Origin: Octopus vulgaris
Taxonomy: Eukaryota
DNA: 64,000 nucleotides
Assembly: GCA_951406725.2 (NCBI GenBank)
Contig: OX597819.1
Coordinates: 25,606,001-25,670,000 of the forward strand
Direction of reading: 5' to 3'
Positions 12,957-27,054 of the stretch are shown in pieces. The notes under the pieces were generated by a model. It was given only the letters and a program-made list of their open reading frames with translations. It had not been told where the DNA came from and did not search any database. The first letter of the stretch is position 1. Every line of letters starts with the position of its first letter. Made by a program: the position numbers and the translations under genes.

Positions 12957-14070
12957 AGGCCTTTTCTACTTACCAAGTCAAAGGCCTTTGTCACATCAAT
13001 GAAAGCCATATATAATGGCATGTTCTGCTCTCTGGACTTCTCCTGAAGTTGGCGTTTGGAGAATATCACGTCAATAGTTGATCTGCTTCTTCTAAAGCCA
13101 CACTGCGATTCTGGGTAAATTCGAGAAGCAAGCAGTTGTAGCCTGGACACGATAACGCGAGCAAAAGCCTTTTCAACAGTGCTTAGAAGAGATATTTCAC
13201 GGTAATTGTTACAATCACCACGTTCACCTTTGTTTTTATAAAGCGTAATGATGTCAGCATCCCGCATATCCTGAGGGACTGTACCCTCTCCCCAGCACTG
13301 ACACAGAAGCTCATGCAGGTGCCGAAGCAGGATAGTGTTTTGGTCGGTTTGGATGATCTCTTAGAGGATGACGTCTTTTCCCGGAGCCTTGTTACTTGCT
13401 AGGGAGTCAATAGCCTTGGTGAGCTCTGCTATAGATGGCAGACTGTCAAGTTCACACATGACTGGAAAGATCTTGACACCCTCGATTGCAGCCTCAGCTA
13501 CCGTGGTCTCCCGTGAGTAGAGATCCTGGTAGTACTCCACCCATCTATCCATTTGCTTGCTTTGGTCCTTGATGAGATCTCCAGTAGTGGATTTTAGAGT
13601 GGCTGACTTGGTTGCGGATGGACCGAGGGCCTTTTTCAAACTGGCATACATCCCATGGGTGCCGCCGCTCTCAGCAGCTGACTGGATACTCTAACAGATT
13701 TCCTGCCAATGCCTATTTGCACAACGCCTGGCAGTCAGTTGGGTTTTATTTCTTGCCTTTCTGAGTTCTTTGAGTGACTTTGTAGACGAATCACTCTTGT
13801 ATTGCCTCAGAGCTGCACGCTTCGCTTCGATAACTGTTTCCAGCTCTGAGAGCCCAGCACTGAACCAATCTGGGTATTGCCTTTCTCTCATGCCGAAAGT
13901 ATCTATTGATGTGGTATACAAAGCTTCCCTGATATAATTCCACCTACTTTCAGCAGAGGAGTTTGGGCAGCTACTGAGGGCAACCTTGATAGAAATAGTA
14001 AAATATTTTCGCAGTGTAGGGTCCGATGTTATGGCAGTGTTAATGCGTGGTCGGACCATTTTCTTGGAGT
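12957..14070 (-). pseudogene. RTE/BovB-like LINE ORF fragment (linker plus N-terminal RT), stop- and frameshift-disrupted
   Basis: RDADIITLYKNKGERGDCNNYR.ISLLS, PESQCGFR, QLQEKSREQ, MAFID.TKAFDLVSR, NKAPGKD. Confidence 0.9.
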
Positions 14071-14074
14071 AAAC

Positions 14075-14262
14075 ATTGCAGAAATTCGGCAAAGAAATGA
14101 ATTTTCGGGATGTAGCCTGGAGGGTTTTTTCGTATTAATCGTTTGGACTTTGTGAAGACATATCAATTGTTTTCATAACATTTTTAACGTGCCGGGAAGT
14201 GAAACACAGAGACACACACAGATACACACACAGACACACAAGTTGAGTTTTATATATATAGA
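14075..14262 (-). mobile_element. Helitron-like 5' terminal segment
   Basis: Minus strand A|TCTATATATATAAAACTCAACTTGTGTGTCTGTG, same style as the 5' ends at 7850, 20319 and 26647. Confidence 0.45.
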
Positions 14263-14368
14263 TATACACACATACACATATATATATATATATATAATAT
14301 AATATATGTGTGTGTATGTATATATATATATATATATGTGTGTGTATATATATATGTATATATATATG

Positions 14369-14418
<50 letters not shown>

Positions 14419-14480
14419 TGTGTGCGTGTGTTTGTGTGTGTGTACTTTTTTTTATTAATGCTGGAAAAAACATCAGAAAT

Positions 14481-14519
14481 ATGGTACGCAGAGTTTCACG
14501 TTTCCGTTCGTCGGACAGT
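14481..14519 (-). ncRNA. Degenerate hammerhead motif (family H3) in a probable PLE 3' end (~14444-14690)
   Basis: Minus strand ACTGT-CCGACGA-ACG(GAAA)CGT-GAAAC-TCTGC-GTA^; stem I is broken; followed by AATAAA and (CA)n. Confidence 0.5.
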
Positions 14520-14759
14520 TCCGATTATTTCAGTCTTAATCGCAACTGACCGATATAGGATAACGTCAGTCCCTGAATAACAGCTTTGTGACATTTTTGC
14601 AGCTCTAATGTAAAAGCACATTACTCTACCTTCGGTATTCGAGGCCATTTTTTCGTACCTTGGTTGGCATTTATGTGCTTATCCGCGCGTGTGTGTATGT
14701 GTGTGTGTATGCATGCGTGTGTGTGATGTGATACACTCACACGCATATTTATTTTATTT

Positions 14760-14975
14760 GTTTAACTTGTTTCAGTCATTTGACTGCAGCTATGCTGGAG
14801 TATTGCTTTAGTTGAAATGGACTCCAGCACTTATTTTTTGTAAGCTTGGTACTTATTCTATCGATCTGTATTGCCGAACCGTAAAGTTACGGGGGCCGTA
14901 AGCACACCAACATCGGTTGTCAAGCAATGGTGGGGGATCAAATACACAAATAAGTACACACACATACACACAAAT
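14760..14975 (-). mobile_element. SINE family A, 3' half, diverged
   Basis: CTTGTTTCAGTCATTTGACTGC...CATCGGTTGTCAAGCAATG. Confidence 0.75.
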
Positions 14976-15020
14976 ATAGCAAATATTTGAAAAACGGAAA
15001 ATATTTCACTTTATATTAAA

Positions 15021-15397
15021 GTAGCAGTATCGCTCGGTGCTGCTCGGGTTTGTAAGGGAAATAACTATATAAGCATTTTTAGAGATGTAAAGTATCATAG
15101 CCATCTATTATACGGCTAACCACAAGGGGGAGTGGGTGTTTCTGTAGCTTTTTACGTTCTGAGATTTAATAATAAATTTTTAGAGAGTTACTTCCCTTAT
15201 ATATGCCAAAAATACATTAAAAATGGGAAAAATTGATGGTAAATTTTTTTTTAAATCGTAGACTCAGAAGGGCTCGATATGAATCACGACTATAAGATAC
15301 CTGGTTTTGGTTAAACTGCACCGCAAAATGTTGGAGTAGTTAGGAATCTAAATCGTAGGAGACAGAGAGCACACAACCTCACGTTTATATATAAAGA
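15021..15397 (-). mobile_element. Non-autonomous Helitron (alpha/X), related to 7850-8243
   Basis: Reverse complement shares the TCTTTATATATAAA start, the CCTACGATTTAGATTCCTAACTACTCC body and the hairpin end. Confidence 0.8.
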
Positions 15398-15771
15398 TTA
15401 ATTTCTTTTATAAAACATGCGTATGTGATTCGTATTTATATTTTACGGGTTGGAAAACATGTAATTTCTGCTAATGAACCTTTATTGCCCTCCGGTAGCT
15501 GTTTCAACATCGCTGGTGATTGAATCAACATTTGTAAATAATGCAAATGTTTTTACTGAAGTAAGAGCACAATTTTAAAACAGAATATTCTCACTAAAAG
15601 TAATTGCATGCTCATATATGGGCAAAAAACATTGCACTGTTTTTAAACTGTCAACACATAGTGTTTTCTATTTTAAAATTAACAAATTATGACCCGTCAA
15701 AAACAAAATTCGTTACTTGCTATACGTCGACTGATTGTTGAACTGGAAATCTATAATTAGTTTCGAATTTT

Positions 15772-16188
15772 GGCGCAGGAGTGGCTGTGTGGTAAGTAGC
15801 TTGCTAACCAACCACATGGTTCCGGGTTCAGTCCCACTGCATGGCATCTTGGGCAAGTGTCTTCTGCTATAGCCCCGGGCCGACCTATGCCTTGTGAGTG
15901 GATTTGGTAGACGGAAACTGAAAGAAGCCTGTCGTATATATGTATATATATATATATGTGTGTGTATGTGTGTGGGTTTGTGTGTCTGTGTTTGTCCCAC
16001 TAGCATTGCTTGAGAACCGATGCTGGTGTGTTTACGGCCCCGTCACTTGGCGGTTCGGCAAAAGAGACCGATAGAATAAGTACTGGGCTTACAAAGAATA
16101 AGTCCCGGGGTCGATTTGCTCGACTAAAGGCGGTACTCCAGCATGGCCGCAGTCAAATGACTGAAACAAGTGAAAGAGTAAAGAGTAA
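15772..16188 (+). mobile_element. SINE family A, full length
   Basis: GGCGCAGGAGTGGCTGTGTGGTAAG...GGGTTCAGTCCC...GAGTAAAAGAGTAA. Confidence 0.85.
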
Positions 16189-16194
16189 GGCCAT

Positions 16195-16372
16195 CAGTTT
16201 CATGAAGGGAATAAGTCAGTCACATAGATACCAGTGTTCAACTGACACATATTTAATCGACACCGAAAGAAGAATAGGCAAATTCGACCTCGGTGGAATT
16301 TGAACTTTGGAAAACGAACGAAATGCCGCTAAGCATTTTGCTCGGCGTCGTAATACTTCTGCCAGCTCACTT
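16195..16372 (-). mobile_element. SINE family D (tRNA head + MetaSINE-like domain), diverged
   Basis: TCGACCTCGGTGGAATTTGAACT...CTAAGCATTT...CTGCCAGCTC matches 48346-48552. Confidence 0.65.
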
Positions 16373-16581
16373 CCCTATTCGGGTAACTAATATTTCGAAC
16401 AATTTATATCGCGCTCAATGTGATTCCAATCAAGCGTTTTCAGTTTTCATCCTGTATATCCTACTTATTTATTCCTGTACATCTATCCTCTCAGCCATGT
16501 TTCTTTCTCCCTTTCCTTATAACAAAATATCCAGCTATCCATCCACCTACCTCTATATTCTTCTACCAATGTTTCCGTTCC

Positions 16582-17010
<429 letters not shown>

Positions 17011-17503
17011 CGGGCTATTTAGATAACTAACTATGTAAACCCTCTCTACATCGATCTATCCCTCTATCTATCCACACATTTATCAATTCTGCCATGTATG
17101 TATCTATTTGTTGTTATATCTTTGCACAATTACCCTGCATTTTACGGTAATGCACGAAGTCATTTCCTGTCATCATAAAGCCTTCTTCTTGCTGTTACCC
17201 CCTTTCTATTCCTTTCCTTTGTTCTCATTACAGGTTTCTTGGTACATCCTCCTACGAAAGGACAGAACTGTCTCTTCTAATGCCAGTGAGAATTTTCCTT
17301 CCTCCCTCGTCCACATCCCCCACCATCACCATTACCACCGCAACAATTGAAAACACACATCCATCTCAAATATATGTTGTTTTTAATATTCTCATAAATC
17401 TTTCAAGACACTAAATATAGCGGATGAAAATTTATGATTATATTTCGTTCAGAAAATGATAGTTTCCGCTATAAGTGAACGGTTCTTATACTTAGGATAC
17501 GGT

Positions 17504-17705
17504 TGACCTCGTGTGTACCGTTGGCGATTTTTTTCCCTCTGTCTTCCCTTCTCTGGATCTTTCCTACTCCTATGTTTCCGACGAAGAGCTCCGCTCGAAA
17601 CGTTAAACCCTACTTCTTCCCTTCTTTCCTGAGCGTCCAATAATACTATATTTGTTCCACGTCCTCGCGCTGTTGTGTTTTTTTTTTGCGTTTTCTTGTT
17701 TGGAT

Positions 17706-17710
<5 letters not shown>
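17504..17710 (+). mobile_element. PLE-type 3' terminal repeat (family H1), copy 2, ending in (TA)n
   Basis: Homologous to 209-409. Confidence 0.65.
17574..17608 (+). ncRNA. Minimal hammerhead ribozyme motif (H1, copy 2)
   Basis: GTTT-CCGACGA-A-GAGC(TCC)GCTC-GAAAC-GTT^AAAC; stem I GTTT/AAAC intact; palindrome AACGTT. Confidence 0.65.
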
Positions 17711-17768
<58 letters not shown>

Positions 17769-18574
17769 AGATATATAGATATATATATAGATATATTAAT
17801 AATAGTGGCAACTATTATTCAAATGTAATTTAGAGCTATAATTTGCATTCATTGAATTACTGGTCATCTTTTCGAGAACCGTAGAGTCTATATGCTTTAC
17901 CTTTTTCTTGACAGTTCTGGTATAGTCACATATACCCAAAATTATTCGTTTGAAAGAATATTATTACTGAGGACTTCATAAAGTGCATCTTAAATTTCAC
18001 GTCATTGTATTGTTTCCTACGGCTGCGAAATCCCAAATAAACCCCTCTACGTCGTAGCTACAACTTTCAGAAATATCATCGTTACTTAATTTTCTCTCAT
18101 GACACCTTGCTATCTGGAGGAAGAGAAGGAATTCTTTGAATTTATTCTTAAATACACACAAAAGGGAGGATGGATGGTTCTAGGTTGAACTCCTTTGATC
18201 ATGCGTCTGTTATGCTCATTTAAGGATGACATCGAGTGGCAAGCAATAACAAATTGTATTTCTCATTATTGCTATAATTTTGTTTGAATATATTTGCAGC
18301 TTTGGAATCTTAACTGAAAGCGAAGAGAAGCAGGTGGTGAAACAGCTCATTATTTTCTACTTAGCACTCCTCTGTCATTTGTCTACTAAAAAAGTTAAAT
18401 TTATTCAAATTTCATAAATGATTAAACAGCAGCGGTAGAACAATAGAGCTACAAAAAAAACCTACACTCCTAAATACCTACAGTAAAAATATTTTTCGTG
18501 TTGATTCAAATAACATCGGAAAGGAACTAACTAATCTGACAGTTGAATATTTTAAATAATTTCACCATAGTCAG

Positions 18575-18795
<221 letters not shown>

Positions 18796-20318
18796 GGTCT
18801 ATCCGCCAAACTAGGGGGTTGGCATCATTCGAAAGCTACTATAAAGTGAAGAAACGCAGGTGCATTGTGAACAGCAGTGTGTTAAATATTCCGTTAGTCT
18901 GATCGATATATGTGTGTGTGTTTGTGTGCACGTGTGTGTATACATATAGTTACATCTATACATACAATCTACGATGCATTCATATATACAGGGAGAAAGA
19001 TAAAATTTAGTAAACTTCATATCAGGTTCAAGTAAACAAATGACATCTCACCGTGTATCGTGCAATATGATGAATCACCTATTTAACAGCAGTCTATAGA
19101 GATTAAATGTATTTATTACTGATGACGCAGGCAACCATTTCTATTTTGTACAAAAATACTGTCGTGTATTTGTATTAACACTTCTTTCAGTACTCTTCGT
19201 GGCCGATAAAGAAAATGCCCTGACATCTAATATCAAAATGTATTTTGGATAATTATTAGATTATCATTAGTCAGGGGTATTTTATTATACAAGTCAAAAC
19301 GTTGTGCAAGTCAAATGATTAAATGATTAGTAGAAACTGAATTTGAAACTAATAGTTAGTCTGTCTCCTAAGGCCTAACCTCAATGACTGAAACGTTGTA
19401 AAATGCATAAACATTCTGATGTTGCCCGAATTTAGCGAAAACAACCACAAGGGAAGGAAAAGGTATATTTGTACGATTTTTCAAGTATAATATCCTAATG
19501 CAACAGGTTATTCGTTCTTTCCTATTAGCTATTATAACTGAAGTTCTAAATATTTATAATTATAATTAAAATAAACTTAAAATAAAAACAATTTAAAATA
19601 AGAACCTTACATATTCGAGAAGTGTGAAAATTAATTCAAGTTTACTGCAAAGTCTCCTTGTCGAAAAATGGATGAATAGTATTGAATACTGATCAGTGCA
19701 TATCTTTCAGATTAATTTAGTTTGGCCCCTTGAGCCCCAATTTTATGTAATTGCGCAGAGAATCTAACACATAAATTTAGGGAAAAATTGAAAGAAGCAA
19801 CGAAAGATGGAACAATAAAGACGCAGTGACAGAGTAATAAGTGTATCCAAAATGTGTGGAATTTAAAAGGTCGAAGCCTTCCCTGGCTTTCTGGGGAATG
19901 TGGTCTTAGTTAGGATGCTCCACCAAATGTTGTGTATTTGTTACTGAGTAGCCGTATGATGTTTGAAAAGGATTTCGCAATTTAAATGCTTTAATCTAAA
20001 CTTATAAATTTGTATCCTTAGATAAATATATCTATATGATAGGTAAATTATCTACAAAATCAATCGCTCGACCTACAATAAATCTATTGCAAATACCATT
20101 ACTAACGAATATAAAATGTTTAGTTCTTCACCTTTGCCCGATATTAATGTCAAAACAAAGAAAATGAAAGCGAATCAGAAACTAAAAATAGTGTGGGATT
20201 CTAAATGTTGTTAAACCTGTACGTTACTTTTAAGCACCCCATTCAACCTTTGCCAGCATTCCAGCAAGTAAACTTATCAATCAAAGCAAAACTAACATTG
20301 GAATAAGCAGCACGTTCA

Positions 20319-20703
20319 TCTCTCTCTATATAAACGGCAGTTTGTCTGTGCGTGTTTCTGTGTGTCTGTTTGCTTGTACCCTCACCCTGACCACGGCTTT
20401 CAACCGATTCTGATGAAACTTGACACACACATAGCCCAATGTCATAATTCAAAACTAACGCAGCGAAAATTTTGAAAAGTTCCCCCAGTTCTGAAAAAAA
20501 TCGATAAATTCGACATGGGGTCGAGAATCAGAAACCCAAACCACAGACCGTCTAGGGGACGCAACTGCACCTTTTTTAACTCTCAAAAAAAATTTACCAT
20601 AATTTTTTTCCCATTTTTTTGCTATTTTTTGGCTATAACTCTCTAAAAATGCTTTATAGTTATTTCCCTTACAAACCTGAGCAACGCCGGGCGATACTGC
20701 TAG
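20319..20703 (+). mobile_element. Non-autonomous Helitron (5' type beta, 3' type X)
   Basis: A|TC start; GAGCAACGCCGGGCGATACTGCTAG|T end. Confidence 0.8.
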
Positions 20704-22359
20704 TTATTGATAAAACGATTCTTAGAATGAAGGCAGCATCCTATTTAACACTTTGGAAATATTCCAGTGCAGTTATCACATGGTTTAAATCCGATGTATC
20801 ATAATTTGATGTACAGACATTTTACCCATTATTTCTGAACGTCTAGTAGCGGATGCGTCAAATTCGCAATGACAGTTTCAGTTATCACAATTATAATTTT
20901 GTACACTGGTAAAATATTTGCTACGGGAATGCTGTATGAATTCAGAAACGCTCCAGCATTCTGCTTGACGTAGTGTGGAAACAAATTTAGGAGTGATATG
21001 GTCCCTCAATGTACTTGGAGTATCATACGGCGATAACAGTCTTCTTATGTTTAGAAATATAAATGAAGAGCCAAAAGTTTTGAGAAATACCTTCATAGCT
21101 TTTAACTAAATTCAACTTCAAAACAGTAAGCTATTTTGATCTTAGGTTCAATAATAATATTTTACATAATTTGGACATAATAGCTCCGTCAGAATATACA
21201 GCTAATCATTCAGTCCATTCAATAATAATTTGTTGCATTATAATGAGACGTTATCAAGTAACGGATTCATTGAAAATAAACAAAAAACATATTATATGTA
21301 CAAAATATGAAAACCAAAATAAGGAGAAACATTACAGGGTTTAACCCTAATTTTATGCAAAACATTTCCTCCTGTTTAGTCAAAACAGTTTGTTTCACAA
21401 TATCTCAAAAATATTTATTTTTAATTCTTCATTAAAAGCACTAGAAAGTTTCTTATTCGCTACGTCAAATTTAGCGCAGTCAGTATCTAATATGGACCGA
21501 AACAAATATTAACAATTCCTCCTGATCAAAAGAGTACGACTTGTCGACCGTGGACAGATGTAGATGACCACAAATGCGCATTTGCACATTAGTGAATTCC
21601 TCTTCAACAACAAAATCTTATATCGGATTATCTGCCAATTCTTTCATTTACAGATCAAAGATATTGACGTTAGTATGGGAGCAAAAGATTCGGCAAATGC
21701 GTGGGGAATATCATGGAATTATACAAAACTCGGCATTTACATATTAAGTTGTCATATATTTTGGGAGGTTTAAAACTTGATGACGGACTCTTTATAATAA
21801 GAAATATAAACAGCGAACTTAAGCATACTGAGGGAATTTTCCCATTTGCCATGCCTTTGCAGCCTTTACAATAAGTATATCTCATAATGCTACTGGTTTT
21901 AACTTGATGATTCAAAAACACCTTTAGATTCCCAAGTTTAAATGTAAGCTTTTATATTCCATTAAACACATCAGTATAAATTTAACATGACAAACATGAT
22001 ATATAAATGAATTTAACAATTCAAATCTACTATTTAACGTCATGTTATGTCTTGCTACACATAATATATTAATATAAGTTAATATTTTACAACCAAAGAT
22101 CAAAAGTAAACTGTTCATCTTTTTTGGTACATGTTAAAGTGTTCTGAAGATATTCTTAATACTAATTCAATGTTTAACTTTTTAAGTGTTCTATTTAAAC
22201 AGTCAAACGGCCCCATGATTGCTGGCATATGAATAGAACATTTTCTGGTTTTATTTGAGTTTTTGTTTACCCAGTTTCCCGCTGTAACTCTGACTGTTTG
22301 AAAGATTTTATGGTGATCATCAGATGATGGTTTTGCAATTCAAGCCTTCATATTCTTTT

Positions 22360-22558
22360 TTATTCTAAGCACAAGGTCCGAAATTTTGGCGGAGGGGCGA
22401 GTAAGTTAGATAGATACAAGTACTCAACTGGTACTTAATTTATCGACTCCAAAAGGATGAAAGGCAAAGTCGACCTCGGCGGAATTTGAACGTAAAGACA
22501 GACGAAATATCTATTTCTTTTACTACCCACAAGGGGTTAAATACAGAGAGGACAAACA
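22360..22558 (-). mobile_element. SINE family D, dimeric-junction subtype
   Basis: GGATGAAAGGCAAAGTCGACCTCGGCGGAATTTGAA followed by the junction GACGAAATATCTATTTCTTTTACTACCCACAAGGGG, also seen at ~55785. Confidence 0.7.
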
Positions 22559-22717
22559 CTGTGGCGAGAGTAACTGGTTCGTATTCCACAGGTGCAAAGG
22601 GACTTTGCAGAGTACCATGTCATGGCCAGAGTGAAAAGTTTTTTTTCAGCTAAAAGGCTATGAATGAATAGAAATAATGCAATCACACGAACATGCTTAC
22701 ATATATCTTTCTGCCGC

Positions 22718-22772
<55 letters not shown>

Positions 22773-22961
22773 GAGAGAGAGAGATGTTTTTATTTTTCAT
22801 TCCCTTCGAGTTTTTTTATTCCTAGTAGTGGATTAGACTTTAGCTGTTCCTTCTAGCGTGAAAGGAATCCTATGAAGGATACCTCGTATGTGTTTCAATG
22901 TACACTGTATCTATCTGTCTATCTATCTATCTATCAATCTATCTATCTATCTATCTACCTA

Positions 22962-22999
<38 letters not shown>

Positions 23000-23157
23000 A
23001 ATTGAGATAGGGGTTGTAAATGCAACCCTCCATGGGATAACATGTATCCAATATACTGCTAGTGAAGTACCCAACAAAGTTAATACATAAATGTTAAGAA
23101 TTGCGATACAATTAATTCATTTATTGTATTATATGGGCAAAGGTAAAATTAATGAAT

Positions 23158-23195
<38 letters not shown>

Positions 23196-25034
23196 TCAAC
23201 GGAAGAATTTATTAATTCAGTTCATCACGACAAAAGGCATCGTCTGTTAAAGACAGAGTTTAAAATTCTTACTTTAATTGTTTCACATTTCAAGTAGTAT
23301 TACTGTGGAAACTATGTCCAATTCTGCATTAAATATTCAAGTCACATTTCGCAGAGGTTTTCTTTAGTTTCGACTAAATCCTATGCTTCTAATTTTTGTA
23401 TTTACAAAAGTACATTTTTAGAAATGTTTAAGATATAGCAAGTTAAGAATAGGCATTGTATTTAGTAAAGAGAACTATATATTGGTGTTGAATAAACTAT
23501 GATGATGGCAATGTGTTGAACAACAAGAATGATACAGCGCATTGTCAGAAACAAGAAAACTCGTTTTAACAAGAGTGTAGTATAAACATGAAAATGCTAA
23601 AAGCAGGGGAATATATGTATTATATAACATGATGTGATAGCATATAATTACTCATAACTAACAGTAAATGTATTCAATACAAAAGAAACGTGTAACTGTC
23701 TAATCAGGTTCATCAACTACCCTGATGCACCGAAAAGACATATACGCGTACGCACGTACACATTCTCACACCTACTCACACACATACACAAACACACACA
23801 CACTACAACAAACGAAGAGATATCTGTGTTATGCTAAGATAACACGTTAGGTGTTTTTGGTATGATGGAAGCATAACACAATTATTCATGTTATGCAACA
23901 CACTAACCAGCGAGATTTGTTGAGCGTCAATGGATCTCACAACAATTCGTTACATCACTCTGCTTTGAGAAATTGCCTAACAATCTTGGGGGTTGATTGG
24001 TGTTAGGCATAACTTGCGTAGCTCTATTATGTAAACATCAAAACCAAAAACTAACGAAACAAGAGTAGCAAAATTCGAAAATTTACTTGTTTTACTTTAT
24101 ATTAGGTCATACTATACTTTCTATTTTTCGTTTAATAGACCATATATTTTTGGAAGTACTGATTGCCCAGCAACGACATCTTCAGGTTCATATGGTGAGA
24201 GATAAATATTTAATAGACACAATACATGTTTTTTTATGCGCTACTAGTAGTTTCATGTGCAGGGAACATGACAAACGATGTTCTATAATACGTCTGATAT
24301 CTTAGCACAACCATTAGTTACATCCCACATGGCATAACGAACGAAAAGTTGAATGAGAGAAAAAGGCGAGAAGGATATATATAGAAAAAGTGAAAGATTG
24401 AGAAGTTGGGAAACGAAAAATTAACCAGAAAGAAGCAAAATACGTAAAAAGTCGTTTCCTTTAAACAATGAATTAACTGGCTGAAAAATAGTAACTTAGA
24501 GTGTATGGTATAGCTAATCAGAAGGAGAAGGCATTTCTCAAATTCTTCAACAGGAACTTAGGCATATACTTACAACCGCCGACAAATTCAGATCTAATGT
24601 TCAGCAGTGAGTTAGAGCACTTATATCTGAAAAGAACTCGAGCCCTTTCAGCTAAGTATAACTTGCACATTTTGATCCGTTAACATAAGGTGTTAACATT
24701 ATCGTATGCGGTTTTGCGCTAAATTACGAATTCCATACGTGGCTAACCAACATAGAAGATTTGTTTTCGACCTTATGACAAAGAAAGCTATGTGATAAGC
24801 AGAGCGATTTTTAAATCCTCCTTCTTATCGGTTCTGTCATCATCTAACGTTACAGTAAGTTCTGCCTCATATATGACAAATTTAATCATACATGACTGGT
24901 CAAGTGGACAGTTTCTTGTCTCGGCAGTTATAATTGGATTTAGGCTCTTCTTATATGTTCCCAGCACATGGAACTAGTAGTAGCACATAAAGCATGTATT
25001 GTGTCTACTAAATGAAATATATATACATACAATA

Positions 25035-25330
25035 AGCTCTCTCGTAGAAGATGACGTATAATCGTTTAGGTTTTGCCGGACGACCCACACAAATGGTTAT
25101 TTTATAGTGATCAAATATTCGTACCACACAAAAGCTTATTCTCTCCATCAAATCGGCGTTGTCTGAAGAGGTTCATTATGCTCCAAGCGTCAGGTGTCGT
25201 AGTGATCGCAGAGTAACGTGAGCTGAAGTGTTTTGCTCAAGAACTCAACATTCCACCTGGTCTTCGAACGGAAACCATGATGTAGTGATCGCGAGTGATA
25301 CTTCTTTTCCACTAAACCGTGCGCCATCAC
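25035..25330 (-). mobile_element. Diverged head-type-2 SINE with another tail
   Basis: Plus strand GAAGTGTTTTGCTCAAGAAC...CCACTAAACCGTGCGCC resembles the reverse of the head at 63811. Confidence 0.45.
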
Positions 25331-25339
25331 TATTGTAAC

Positions 25340-26187
25340 ACATCCTTTTGATATATGTATCACGTCGTTCAGGGCCTCCAGCGACCTCCCGAACGAATAA
25401 AGACATGAACATTCATGAACTGATCTTGGGGTACCAACACTGAACAGATGACAAACTTGTTTGCATGACTAGTGTGTGCTGGAGCTCCCGCCAACGAATT
25501 TTGAGAGAAGAATTGCGAATCAAATGAGTTGCATCAAAATTTCTGCCTCGCTTGCTCGCCGAAGATCAAAAGCAGTCACAAGGGAATGCGTTTAGGGAAC
25601 TGAAAGAATAGTTGGAAATTGATCGGGATATTTTTTCGTAGGTCATCCATTGGTGACGAAAGCTGGTAATACGGAATTTGCAAACGCGGAAGAGATGAAG
25701 ACACAAACGACGGAGGCGTTAAAAGGCATCACTTTGCAAAAAGTCCAACAATGCTTTGAACAGAAGAAAACACGTCTGAACCGATGCAATACTTCAAATA
25801 GAGAATACTTTGAAGGCGATAAAAGTGTAAACACGTAAAAATAAGTGAATAAAGTGAGGGCGCGTGGCTAAGTGGTTAGGGCATTCGGCTCATGATAGTA
25901 AGGTTGTGAGTTCGATTCCCGGCGACGCATTGTGCCCTTGATACTTATTTCACGTTGCTCCAGTTCACTCAGCTGGCAAAAATGTGTAGTACCTGTATTT
26001 CAAAAGGGCCAGCCTTGTCACACTCTGTGTCAAGCTGAACCTCCTTACGAACTACGTTAAAGGTACACGAGCAAGCTGTTCCGTTGATCGTATCAGCTGG
26101 GATCCTCGTCGTCGCAACCGACGGAGTGCTCCTAAGTGAATAAAACAATACTGCAAAATTCCCGTTTCTTTTGGAAACTCCCCCATA
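25340..26187 (+). mobile_element. Internally deleted mariner element interrupted by a SINE
   Basis: QRILREELRIK.VASKFLPRLL, IGDESW and EYFEGD; TIR-like end TTCCCGTTTCTTTTGGAAACTCCCCCATA. Confidence 0.75.
25854..26132 (+). mobile_element. tRNA-derived SINE, head 2 + tail B, with 12-bp TSD
   Basis: A box TGGCTAAGTGG, B box GAGTTCGATTCC; TSD TAAGTGAATAAA at 25842-25853 and 26133-26144. Confidence 0.85.
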
Positions 26188-26191
26188 CACT

Positions 26192-26273
<82 letters not shown>

Positions 26274-26646
26274 GGGGTATATAGTCGATTGTGTAGGCCC
26301 CAGTAATAAATAATCCGGTATTTTATTTGGCCAGTTCTAGGCGGACGAAAAGCAACGTATACTGAGCAGAAATCCTCGTCAGGATTTGAACACACAACCA
26401 ATAGTTTTGTAGCTGAATACTTCCGGTTGCTATAGCAAATTTGCCCATGCCCCTCACTTAAATACGCTAATGTATTGATTCAACTGAGAAGATATTTTGG
26501 AAATATGGGAAAGAATATATTTACCGAAAGGCATTGTTTCAGTATTGTTTTTATTCAGTTTTGAGTTTTCAACTTTGGTTTAGGAGACCCATAATAAAAA
26601 AAAAATCACGCTTTCTATGGCCCCTTAGTTCGTAAGAGCAATGTAA

Positions 26647-27054
26647 TCTCTATATATATAAACGGCAGTTTGTCTGTCTGTGTGTCTGTGTGTCTGTCAG
26701 GTTGTACCCTCACCCTGACCACGGCTTTCAACCGATTCTGATGAAACTTGACACACACATAGCCCAATGTCATAATTCAAAACTAACGCAGCGAAAATTT
26801 TGAAAAGTTCCCCCAGTTCTGAAAAAAAATCGATAAATTCGACATGGGGTCGAGAATCTAAGCTTTTTATATGCAACACATTTTCTGTCGGGAGACAGCT
26901 AGGAACATCGTATACATAGAAGTATTCGAGTGAAGAGAAGACATTGCAACATACACATGCGCCTTCGTTCGCTAGAGGGAAAGGACTAGATGGGATTAGT
27001 CGTTGCCTACTAGGGGCTCTTACATACCCGGGCAACGCCGGGCTATGCTGCTAG
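26647..27054 (+). mobile_element. Non-autonomous Helitron (5' type beta, 3' type Y)
   Basis: A|TCTCTATATATATAAACGGCAG start near-identical to 20319; CCCGGGCAACGCCGGG hairpin; CTAG|T end. Confidence 0.8.

Noticed and set aside
17234-17285. Plus-strand exon candidate (pyrimidine tract-CAG...GTGAG)
   Set aside because: Isolated, with no recognisable peptide and no compatible neighbouring exons.
25160-25195. CTGAAGAG...AAGCGTCAG as a hammerhead
   Set aside because: No GAAA and no convincing stem II.
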